64,000 nucleotides of DNA from Ignavibacteria bacterium UBA2373 (lineage in GTDB: Bacteria; Bacteroidota; Ignavibacteria; Kapaibacteriales; UBA961): positions 18,432-82,431 of the forward strand of contig DDTD01000098.1 in NCBI GenBank assembly GCA_002344005.1, in the 5' to 3' direction. Below the pieces are notes generated by a model. It had not been told where the DNA came from, ran no database searches, and saw only the letters and a list, made by a program, of their open reading frames with translations. The translations under genes were made by a program, and so were the position numbers. How positions within the stretch are numbered: the first letter of the stretch is position 1; each line of letters starts with the position of its first letter. Below are positions 56,352 to 64,000 of this stretch, one piece after another.

Positions 56352-58265
56352 ATGAAAAAAATTAGTATAATCGGTATTTTTCTTCTTTTTGGATTTACCG
56401 TCATCACCCCTACGTCACAGTTTACCATGACTTCATCGCATGTCTTGAGAAATTCGCTATCTATTGTAGAATCTTCTCTACAAAGACTCAAAGATATTGT
56501 CAAGACTCAAAAAGAAGACAGCATAAAAGCGTTATATCATATCAGCAGAAACAATTACAAACAGTGTGAATTTATCATTGAATATTATGATGGGGGTTTA
56601 GTATCATCAATAATCAATGCCGCTCCCCTTCCAAAATTAAATCCATCATCGGCACAAACTGACATATTGGAACCTCATGGTTTTCAGGTATTGGATGAAA
56701 TAATATACGCAGACGATCAATCACTTGAACAACGTTCCGATGCCATCATCAAAGAAATTGATTATATACTCCATTCTCTTCATGATTTTTCGCTGCTTGC
56801 ACAAGGCATACATATAGAAAAACGCCATCTATTAGAGTCAATACAATTAGGACTATTAAGGGTTGTTTCATTAGGTATTACGGGTTTTGATACACCGGGA
56901 TCGGATAATGCCATTGGGGAAACATCATTTGTACTTCAGTCTATGGCACAGTATATATCTCTACTCCAACCACTTTCTACTCAAGAAAAAAAATCACTGC
57001 AACAGACCTTAACGCTCTGCAAACAAGCATCACAATATTGTAAAAAAAATAAGAATTTCGATACGTTCGACAGGGCATCTTTTATTCGTGAATACGCGGA
57101 ACCATTATTTAAAAAAATTCAAGCTCTCTACACTGATTTTTCTATTGAATATTATGATGAAACAACAACAAGACCATCGTCAATTAATTTTCGCAGCCCA
57201 TCACTTTTTTCCACGACACTTTTTTCTGCTTCATACTATACCCGACAAATGCCGCAAGATATAAATGATACACGAAAATACTTAGGTAAACTCTTATTTT
57301 TTGATCCCATACTTTCACGAAACAGTGAACGCTCATGTGCTTCATGTCATCAACCGGAAAAAGCATTTACGGATGGTTTACCAACAAGTATGGCATTCAA
57401 TAAACAAGGTAATATCTTACGCAATGCCCCTACGCTAATCAATGCAATCTATGCCGGTCGCTTATTTTATGACTTACGTGCCCATTCATTTGAAGATCAA
57501 GTGCAACATGTGGTGACTGATGACAATGAGTTTCATTCAGATTTTTCAACCATTATTTCTAAGATGGAATCTTCGACAGAATACCGAGAATTATTTTCAA
57601 AAGCATTTCCCGACATAAAACATAATAATATTTCGCCATACACAATAAGCGCAGCTTTGGGTGCATATCAAATGACTCTTGTGTCGTTCAACTCAGATTT
57701 TGACAAATATATCCGTTCTGAAAAAAAATCAGTCTCTCGGGAAGTAAAAAACGGCTTTAATCTTTTTATGGGAAAAGCAGCTTGTGGTACATGTCATTTT
57801 GCTCCAACATTTGCAGGCTTGGTACCGCCTCGGTTTACTGAGAGTGAGTCTGAAATATTAGGTATTCTTCAGCAATTTGACACTCTCTCACCTAAACTTG
57901 ACACAGATGCAGGCAGATATGCGGGTCATGCCAAAGACCAAGTTGCACTGTACAAAAGATCATTCAAAACAATGACTGTACGTAACAGTGGATTAACCGC
58001 ACCATATTTTCATAATGGGAAATTTAAGACTCTTGAGCAAGTTCTCGAATTTTATGACCACGGAGGTGGAGCAGGATTAGGGTTAGATGTCCCCTATCAA
58101 ACGCTGCCCTCCGACAAACTTCATTTAACGAAAAATGAAAAACGTGATATTATTGCATTTCTTCACTCATTAACGGATACAACAGGTTTGACAAATAAAC
58201 CGAGTAAACTTCCTGCCATAGAATCGCAGAAAGCATCAGGCAGAACTATTGGTGGTTTGTATTAA
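56352..58265 (+). CDS. Di-haem cytochrome-c peroxidase-family protein with ~300-aa N-terminal helical extension
   Basis: Two CxxCH haem sites (CASCHQPEKAFTDG and CGTCHFAPTFAG) and YFHNGKFKTLEQVLEFYDHGGG typical of bacterial CCP/MauG-family. N-terminal 300 aa are helical, contain an H-x-x-x-x-x-E stretch (EPHGFQVLDEI) and are not part of canonical CCPs. Confidence 0.7.
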   Translation: MKKISIIGIFLLFGFTVITPTSQFTMTSSHVLRNSLSIVESSLQRLKDIVKTQKEDSIKALYHISRNNYKQCEFIIEYYDGGLVSSIINAAPLPKLNPSSAQTDILEPHGFQVLDEIIYADDQSLEQRSDAIIKEIDYILHSLHDFSLLAQGIHIEKRHLLESIQLGLLRVVSLGITGFDTPGSDNAIGETSFVLQSMAQYISLLQPLSTQEKKSLQQTLTLCKQASQYCKKNKNFDTFDRASFIREYAEPLFKKIQALYTDFSIEYYDETTTRPSSINFRSPSLFSTTLFSASYYTRQMPQDINDTRKYLGKLLFFDPILSRNSERSCASCHQPEKAFTDGLPTSMAFNKQGNILRNAPTLINAIYAGRLFYDLRAHSFEDQVQHVVTDDNEFHSDFSTIISKMESSTEYRELFSKAFPDIKHNNISPYTISAALGAYQMTLVSFNSDFDKYIRSEKKSVSREVKNGFNLFMGKAACGTCHFAPTFAGLVPPRFTESESEILGILQQFDTLSPKLDTDAGRYAGHAKDQVALYKRSFKTMTVRNSGLTAPYFHNGKFKTLEQVLEFYDHGGGAGLGLDVPYQTLPSDKLHLTKNEKRDIIAFLHSLTDTTGLTNKPSKLPAIESQKASGRTIGGLY

Positions 58266-58629
58266 ATGATTGAACTATCCATTCTTTTTTGTATTCCACC
58301 ATTTTTTGAATAAGGTCATAAGGCATCGGTTTATTCAAGGGAAATTGCACCGAGCCCTTACCTTGTTTATAGAGTGATAATTCTTCTGCAAAATATTCAT
58401 GAGCTGAAGGTGTGGCATAAAGACCGATATGTGTTTTAAATGCAGCAAAATATAGTAATGGTTTACCCCGATACGTATAAGCCGGCATCGAATATGCAAT
58501 GCTTTCTTTCGCATCGGGTACAGCCATCAAAACAATACTTCGGATATTTAGTAAATATTGTTGGATTATTTCCGAATACTGTGATATATATTCAGCGACA
58601 TTCTCTGCTTTTTTATTTGTTTTTTTCAT
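58246..58629 (-). CDS. DUF1801 (YdhG-like) protein
   Basis: 127 aa. AENVAEYISQYSEIIQQYLLNIRSIVLMAVPDAKESIAYSMPAYTYRGKPLLYFAAFKTHIGLY matches the YdhG/DUF1801 pattern. Confidence 0.6.
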   Translation of the reverse strand: MKKTNKKAENVAEYISQYSEIIQQYLLNIRSIVLMAVPDAKESIAYSMPAYTYRGKPLLYFAAFKTHIGLYATPSAHEYFAEELSLYKQGKGSVQFPLNKPMPYDLIQKMVEYKKEWIVQSFNTNHQ

Positions 58630-58654
58630 AGAATTATTGCTTTATTCTCTATAA

Positions 58655-59536
58655 TTATTTTGCGCATAATTCACTATATGCTTTTCTCATACCTTCATAT
58701 AAAGGCAACATCATACGAACAAAAGATGACCTGTCCTGCGAAGCAGCAATAGAGCGTTCATGTGAACCCTCATGCGTGAAAATGTCTAAGGGTGCATTAT
58801 CATTTTCCATTGTCTCAACAATGCATTGTGCAATCTCATCAGCAGATTTCATTTTAGCCAAAGGTGCCAAAGCTATCCCCTTTTCTCGGGCAATTGTGCG
58901 TGAATATGCAATTCCTTTTGCAAACAGATTACCAATGGGCATAGTTTCTGTGACATCAGCCCATTCAGTAAGCACACCATCAGGGCATATAACATGCGTC
59001 CTAACATTTGTACCCGCCAATTCAGCTGCTAATCCGGCATGAAATCCAACAGCGGCATGCTTTGCAGCAACATAGGCACTATTGTAAGGAAATCCCATCG
59101 TTCCCGCAACACTCGACACCGTAATGATGACACCCGAATTTCTTGCTTTCATCGTAGGCAAAACTTCTCGAACGGCATACCACAAAGAATAGACATTCAA
59201 AGAAAACATAGAATGAAGATGCTCATCGGTTGTATCCTCTACCGCACCCGTATAGCCACGTCCGGCATTATTTATGAGGACATCAACTTCACCAAGTTCT
59301 GATTTTACTTGAGTTAATGCATCTATAACAGATTCCTTTTTCGTGACATCACACTCTATCGGTAATAATTGAGCACCTGTATTTTCAAGTGATGCCACAA
59401 TGGATTGCAAACGATCATATCGGCGGGCTAATAAAGCAATCTTTGATTTTTTTTCGGCACATAGTCGCACCAATGATTCACCAATCCCGGAAGATGCGCC
59501 GGTAATGACTATAACAGTATTTTCAGTAATCAGCAT
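58655..59536 (-). CDS. Short-chain dehydrogenase/reductase (classical SDR)
   Basis: TGASSGIG Rossmann motif, NNAG, catalytic YxxxK (YVAAKHAA). Start moved to ATG 59536 (MLITENTVIVITGASSGIG). The longer ORF-track N-terminus has no homology signal. Confidence 0.8.
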   Translation of the reverse strand: MLITENTVIVITGASSGIGESLVRLCAEKKSKIALLARRYDRLQSIVASLENTGAQLLPIECDVTKKESVIDALTQVKSELGEVDVLINNAGRGYTGAVEDTTDEHLHSMFSLNVYSLWYAVREVLPTMKARNSGVIITVSSVAGTMGFPYNSAYVAAKHAAVGFHAGLAAELAGTNVRTHVICPDGVLTEWADVTETMPIGNLFAKGIAYSRTIAREKGIALAPLAKMKSADEIAQCIVETMENDNAPLDIFTHEGSHERSIAASQDRSSFVRMMLPLYEGMRKAYSELCAK

Positions 59537-59653
59537 ACAATTCTCTTTTTTGAAACAAAATGATGAAGCAAACTTAGAAAACTTCTTGAACATACATACT
59601 AATCTTTTGTCGAATAATGACACAAACGTATCTTTGCACAATGTACGAAGGAG

Positions 59654-61195
59654 TTGATAATGACAACAGCACTTACTCAATCGGATTTTCTGGAAAAAAT
59701 GGTCGAATTTGGATTTTTCGACCGCATAGAAGGTACATTGCCGGATAACTTTACCTTGGTCTATGAGATTGCACGAATACTCGAAGATACCAATCACCGC
59801 ATTACCCGTACATTATCGCCAATTATATGGAACGACGGTGAGGGCACACCACCACCTCGAAGCCCCGAAAGTACTATTATACCCAATATCCCCGCTTCCG
59901 AAGAATATGAAGCCAACTTGATAGACTCCTATCGTGATATAGCCAGAATTTATCCTCATCAATTTCTTTTACCAGATACAGTTTTTTATCAAAAATTAGT
60001 GGAACGTTCTTTATGGATGCCCAAACCGCGAGTACCACGCAATTATCGTTATCAAAAAGATGCCAATACATTTGCGCCGGATAGCAGAAAACAAAAGATA
60101 TATATTTTGTTCGACACATCGCGTTCCATGCAAGAACATTTTCGCATTCATGTGGCTAAAGCATTAGTGTATTTTTTTCTCAAAAGAAATAAGCAAGAAC
60201 TTGGCACGATATTCTTCCGAACTTTCGATGCTGAAATTGGTGCATTACATAGTGCCAACAATGCAGCACAATTTGATGAATTAATGTCTTTTGCAATGCA
60301 TGTACGAGCTGTCGGTGCAGGAACGGCTCTTTCCAAAGCATTAGAAACTGCCATTATTGATATTCATCAAGTAGCAACATTGGCAGAAACAGAAATTCTC
60401 GTAATTACGGATGGTGCTGCGCATATTGATGCAGAAAAAATTGGCAATTTAATGGGAGAAAATATCATAGTAAATTGCGTTAAAATTGGTAACGCTACCA
60501 TTGAACCGGATCCACGCTTCATTGACACACTCATTAAAACAAGTTCCTCAGAACAAGCACAACAAATACGTAAAATTATCGAAAGAAAAAAAGATTTAGA
60601 AAAACAAGTATATACAGTAAGTGCCGAAAGTCGAAAAAATGCCATTCGTGGCGAAATTGCCCACTGCGATAAAATGATACAGCAACTGACAAGCCGTCTA
60701 AGTACAACGGTAACTGCAACGTATGGTAAAGAAATAGAACAACTTGCAAAAGTATTTATTCAAGTGCAAGATATTAACTCCGAAGAAATATTTGGTCATG
60801 ACGAAGAGCGTAAACAAACGCTGGAAGCTCTGGCTAAGGAAATGGTTGATACACTGCAAAATTCTCCCTCCGCCGAAGACTTAAAAAGAGCAGCCATAAT
60901 TTTCGATCACATAAAACTTTTTACAGAGCACAGTAATGATGCTGAAAATCAATCCCTTGATGCAATTAATAAAGAACTCAAATCTTATCTTGATCAATTA
61001 CTTGCCGAATCAACCCAAAGACAAATGGCAAATGTGGAATTTTCTGAAGATGATAAAATACAAATTTCCAAATTATTGCAATCACGACGCACTATTATGC
61101 AGAGAATATCTCTGATGAAATTGTTGCGTATTCTCTATAAAAAATTACGAAGAACATTTATTCGTTTCAGACAAAAACGACGTTATAAAGTCTAA
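59654..61195 (+). CDS. Cytoplasmic von Willebrand factor A (vWA) domain protein with C-terminal coiled coil
   Basis: MIDAS motif DTSRSM...GAGTALSKAL...ITDGAAH. No signal peptide. ~150-aa N-terminal region of unknown type. C-terminal 170 aa are Lys/Glu-rich coiled coil. Confidence 0.6.
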   Translation: MIMTTALTQSDFLEKMVEFGFFDRIEGTLPDNFTLVYEIARILEDTNHRITRTLSPIIWNDGEGTPPPRSPESTIIPNIPASEEYEANLIDSYRDIARIYPHQFLLPDTVFYQKLVERSLWMPKPRVPRNYRYQKDANTFAPDSRKQKIYILFDTSRSMQEHFRIHVAKALVYFFLKRNKQELGTIFFRTFDAEIGALHSANNAAQFDELMSFAMHVRAVGAGTALSKALETAIIDIHQVATLAETEILVITDGAAHIDAEKIGNLMGENIIVNCVKIGNATIEPDPRFIDTLIKTSSSEQAQQIRKIIERKKDLEKQVYTVSAESRKNAIRGEIAHCDKMIQQLTSRLSTTVTATYGKEIEQLAKVFIQVQDINSEEIFGHDEERKQTLEALAKEMVDTLQNSPSAEDLKRAAIIFDHIKLFTEHSNDAENQSLDAINKELKSYLDQLLAESTQRQMANVEFSEDDKIQISKLLQSRRTIMQRISLMKLLRILYKKLRRTFIRFRQKRRYKV

Positions 61196-61196
61196 A

Positions 61197-61228
61197 TAAA
61201 AAAATCACCCCATTTTCATGGGGTGATA
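61197..61228. terminator. Shared terminator between the convergent vWA (+) and VIT-vWA (-) genes
   Basis: A8 run, then TCACCCCA-ttttca-TGGGGTGA hairpin. Canonical on the minus strand. A-run and hairpin only on the plus strand. Confidence 0.6.
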
Positions 61229-61257
61229 CATACATGAATAAATAATGTGGTGATACT

Positions 61258-63309
61258 TTATCGGGCGGGTAAGAGAATAATTTTTCCTGTCAATGTTTCT
61301 GATTGGCATCGAATTCTGATGATATAGACACCGGCGGATAATCTAAGTCGCAAAGAATCCGGAAGTGCGATTGTCAAAATATTACCCTGCAATGAATACC
61401 ATCCGGATTCTAATGCAATACTTCTTCCATCAATGCTTTCCAAAATAACTTCCGTACATTCAGTGCCTTGCTCAATCTCATTGATTGTGATATATATATG
61501 CTCATTGCCTGACACAGGGTTGGGGAAAATACGCAATTTATCCGGCACAACTCGTTCCAATTCCGGAACCCAAGTAGTTGAATTGCCATCATCATCCTCT
61601 TCTTCTGGAGTAAGATCGGCAAATGATGTAAATTTTGTGACAATCCCATATCTGATTCCTAATGAAATTATTTCTTTTTTCCATTCATTCCATCGTGAAG
61701 ACCCCTGTGGTTCAGAATTCATCATGCGTAACAGTTCGTTTATTTTGTAAGTAGCCCATACTTTCGGTGTAAACTTATCAGTACTGCTGTCGGCAGATAA
61801 CACAAATGAATAAGTAAACTCAACAGGGTTATTTCTTCCTTCCGCTTTCAATGTTAATTGAATGGGACCCGGCTCAGAATAGATTCCTGTAATAATCATT
61901 TGTTCACCCATATATATATCTTGCATAATAAGCGGATAAACCTCTGTAATACCGGGTCTTGACCAGTGTAATGTCAGATTTTTATAAAGAGGATTTCTGA
62001 TTTTTGAATACAAACTGCCAATAGTACTTTCTGTTTCACTTGAATTTGTCACAAATTCAGCTAAGCCATTATTATTCATCGCAATGTCATTGAGTACTTT
62101 TTTATCAACATCAGAACCGACACCAAATACATATATGCGAGTATTTTTATTGTTCGCTGCTTTTACTGCATTTTGATTAACAGACGATTGGCCATCCGTA
62201 AGCAGTACGATGACATTTGCAGTTTCGTTACTCATATCTTGAATCAATCCCATGAGTACTGCATTTTGAATATCTGTTCCGCCTTCTGCATATAATTTGT
62301 CAATAAATGTTCGTGCATTATTTACATTATCCGGAGTTGCTTCCACTAAAGTACTGCTAAATTTTCTGGTACTGCTGTTAAACGCAATAATATTAAATAC
62401 ATCGTGATTGTTGAGTCTGTTTATGCAATAATGGACGGCCTTTTTTGCATTTTCCAATTTTTCACCCACCATACTTCCAGAAACATCAATAACAAAAGTG
62501 AACACTTTTTTAATCACATTGTTTTCATCTTCTTGAATTTTCGGCTCAATCATCAATGTCATATATCCCTGCTTTTCTTTCGAAGGCATATTACTATAAC
62601 ATACAACACCTAATTCATTTCGATCAAACCAACAATCCATGCGAATATTCTGATTCGGTATCAGCATCTTAGATGTAATTGTCACAACTGCACTGTTGCT
62701 ATCACGTATGATATCGGGTTGGTACTGCACACTTTGAATATCAAGTATTTTTCGAGAAGATGCAATTTCACATGTATAAGTACATTGAACTTCTTTTGGT
62801 TGAAACATCTGCAAAGAAAGTGGATATATTACTATGACCTTCCCTGCCGTATATTCAAGTAATTCTATATATGTTATTTCAACACGTATGCTATCTTTGA
62901 GGGAAACAGAGTCCTTAAAAGAAAACATAAATCCCGAATTAGCAAGATATTGCTTTAAAGGTGTCGGATAAGTTTGAGTGCCGCCGCTATTTGATACTCC
63001 GCCCTGCACAGTATCCATTGGGCTGCCTGTAATTGTTGCTTGGTAATTTTTACCCTTAATATTCCATTGCAGCTTTGTTACAACAGCTTTCGGATTGAGA
63101 GAAAAAGCATATTGAAACATACTTTTCTCATTCGTAGCAGCAAAAAATGTTTGAGTTGAAACAGTTTCTGCAACTTGATCTTTTATTGTTGTGTGGACAT
63201 TCACTTCTGTGGGTAATATGACCTCACTATTTTTTTTACTGATTAGGATACCCGTTGCTTGCATTGAGTACGAAAGCACAAACAAGGATATAAATATGAT
63301 AGTTTTCAT
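61258..63309 (-). CDS. Secreted VIT-like + vWA domain protein with T9SS C-terminal domain
   Basis: Signal peptide MKTIIFISLFVLSYSMQA. ~270-aa N-terminal beta-rich region in the position of a VIT domain. vWA MIDAS FTFVIDVSGSM...GGTDIQNA...LLTDGQ. C-terminal ...LRIFPNPVSGNEHIYITI...GVYIIRIRCQSETLTGKIILLPAR is a T9SS CTD. Confidence 0.6.
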   Translation of the reverse strand: MKTIIFISLFVLSYSMQATGILISKKNSEVILPTEVNVHTTIKDQVAETVSTQTFFAATNEKSMFQYAFSLNPKAVVTKLQWNIKGKNYQATITGSPMDTVQGGVSNSGGTQTYPTPLKQYLANSGFMFSFKDSVSLKDSIRVEITYIELLEYTAGKVIVIYPLSLQMFQPKEVQCTYTCEIASSRKILDIQSVQYQPDIIRDSNSAVVTITSKMLIPNQNIRMDCWFDRNELGVVCYSNMPSKEKQGYMTLMIEPKIQEDENNVIKKVFTFVIDVSGSMVGEKLENAKKAVHYCINRLNNHDVFNIIAFNSSTRKFSSTLVEATPDNVNNARTFIDKLYAEGGTDIQNAVLMGLIQDMSNETANVIVLLTDGQSSVNQNAVKAANNKNTRIYVFGVGSDVDKKVLNDIAMNNNGLAEFVTNSSETESTIGSLYSKIRNPLYKNLTLHWSRPGITEVYPLIMQDIYMGEQMIITGIYSEPGPIQLTLKAEGRNNPVEFTYSFVLSADSSTDKFTPKVWATYKINELLRMMNSEPQGSSRWNEWKKEIISLGIRYGIVTKFTSFADLTPEEEDDDGNSTTWVPELERVVPDKLRIFPNPVSGNEHIYITINEIEQGTECTEVILESIDGRSIALESGWYSLQGNILTIALPDSLRLRLSAGVYIIRIRCQSETLTGKIILLPAR

Positions 63310-63324
63310 GATGTTTATTGGATA

Positions 63325-64000
63325 TTAGTGAATAATATAAGGTACTGTAGAAAATTGTTGATTATTTACATTGATTCTTACAAAGTACATTCCGGCAGGG
63401 ATTTTATTGCCATTCATGTCAAATCCGTCCCATTGCAGTGTATGTTCTCCAAATGTATAATGATCTTGTGCAATAAGTGCGACTCTATTACCTAAAGCAT
63501 CAATGATTTCAACCAGAAGAGTAGCATTGTCTGTATGTATTGCAATTGAAAGTGACAGATTACCATCACCGGGATTTGGAGCAATAGTGTGCACCGTAAA
63601 CAATGAATTATTACGAATATTGTGATTTTCAGCAATATTGGTTGTATTATCATCGGGATCAGCATAAAGAGCTGTGTATTTCGTGAGTATATTAAACCTT
63701 GTACTCAAATCAATGATTGCATCAACGAGTTCTTTTTTCTCGCCAAATTTTTGTATTTGATTTAAGAGAAAATCAATTTTAGTTTTAGCCCAAATTCGTG
63801 ATACGGACTTATTACCTTGTTCGGTATGAAAAGATACTTTTTTCGAAAGTTGAAATTCCTCATTGCGTATTTTTCCTTTTAAAGTGACCGTATAATCACC
63901 GGGATCTTTAAATCTTCCAAGATGCGTGATTTGATTACCATAAAAGAGGTCAGGTAATTGTTGCGGATAGGTATCGTTAATTAATAAACCGCCATACTCA
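63325..64000 (-). CDS. C-terminal part of a larger T9SS cargo protein. Partial: the N-terminus lies beyond the window end.
   Basis: Reading frame is open from the window edge (no TTA/CTA/TCA triplets in frame over 63721..64000) down to the stop at 63325. The last ~90 aa (HTIAPNPGDGNLSLSIAIHTDNATLLVEIIDALGNRVALIA...GMYFVRINVNNQQFSTVPYIIH) form a T9SS CTD. The TTG at 63708 used by the ORF track is internal. Confidence 0.5.
   Translation of the reverse strand, partial: EYGGLLINDTYPQQLPDLFYGNQITHLGRFKDPGDYTVTLKGKIRNEEFQLSKKVSFHTEQGNKSVSRIWAKTKIDFLLNQIQKFGEKKELVDAIIDLSTRFNILTKYTALYADPDDNTTNIAENHNIRNNSLFTVHTIAPNPGDGNLSLSIAIHTDNATLLVEIIDALGNRVALIAQDHYTFGEHTLQWDGFDMNGNKIPAGMYFVRINVNNQQFSTVPYIIH

Noticed and set aside
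63325-63708. 127-aa ORF reported as a stand-alone gene starting at 63708
   Set aside because: The start used is an internal TTG. The frame stays open upstream to the window edge, so this is the C-terminal portion of a larger protein.
1-64000. CRISPR arrays, tRNA or rRNA genes
   Set aside because: No regularly spaced identical direct repeats, no cloverleaf-compatible 70-90-nt segments noticed in intergenic regions, and no rRNA-like conserved stretches. tRNAs cannot be fully excluded without a covariance-model scan.

Overview
This 64-kb window looks like a chromosomal segment from an FCB-group bacterium (Bacteroidota/Ignavibacteriota-like). The evidence is about 40% GC, many proteins ending in T9SS-type C-terminal sorting domains, and several TPR and TonB-dependent receptor genes. 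I cannot name the organism from sequence alone. Housekeeping genes (scpB, recG, tpiA, ftsY, lepB, kbl, a PgsA-PgpA fusion, paaB/paaC) are interleaved with accessory content. I count at least eight predicted T9SS cargo proteins, two of them giant repeat proteins (1431 and 1551 aa). There are two TonB-dependent receptors, a hybrid HK / DUF4154 / TBDR cluster, and an ECF sigma / anti-sigma pair beside an exported truncated-haemoglobin-like lipoprotein. The segment also carries a TBDR, a giant T9SS protein, a PhoX-like phosphatase, an extended di-haem cytochrome-c peroxidase, and a kynurenine-branch catabolic pair (ACMSD plus aldehyde dehydrogenase). Signs of genome plasticity include a DUF1016/YhcG PDDEXK nuclease gene between two copies of the 5' end and promoter of a metallophosphoesterase gene. 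There is also a family of short hairpin-rich intergenic repeats bracketing one T9SS cargo gene, with a third copy next to a type ISP restriction-modification gene fragment. Two tandem TPR paralogs and a cargo gene with internal duplication that includes a near-identical ~130-bp core are the remaining plasticity signals. I found no rRNA, tRNA or CRISPR array. Gene starts were refined by eye from signal peptides and conserved N-termini and are approximate. All family assignments come from motif recognition in the translated ORFs, not from database searches.
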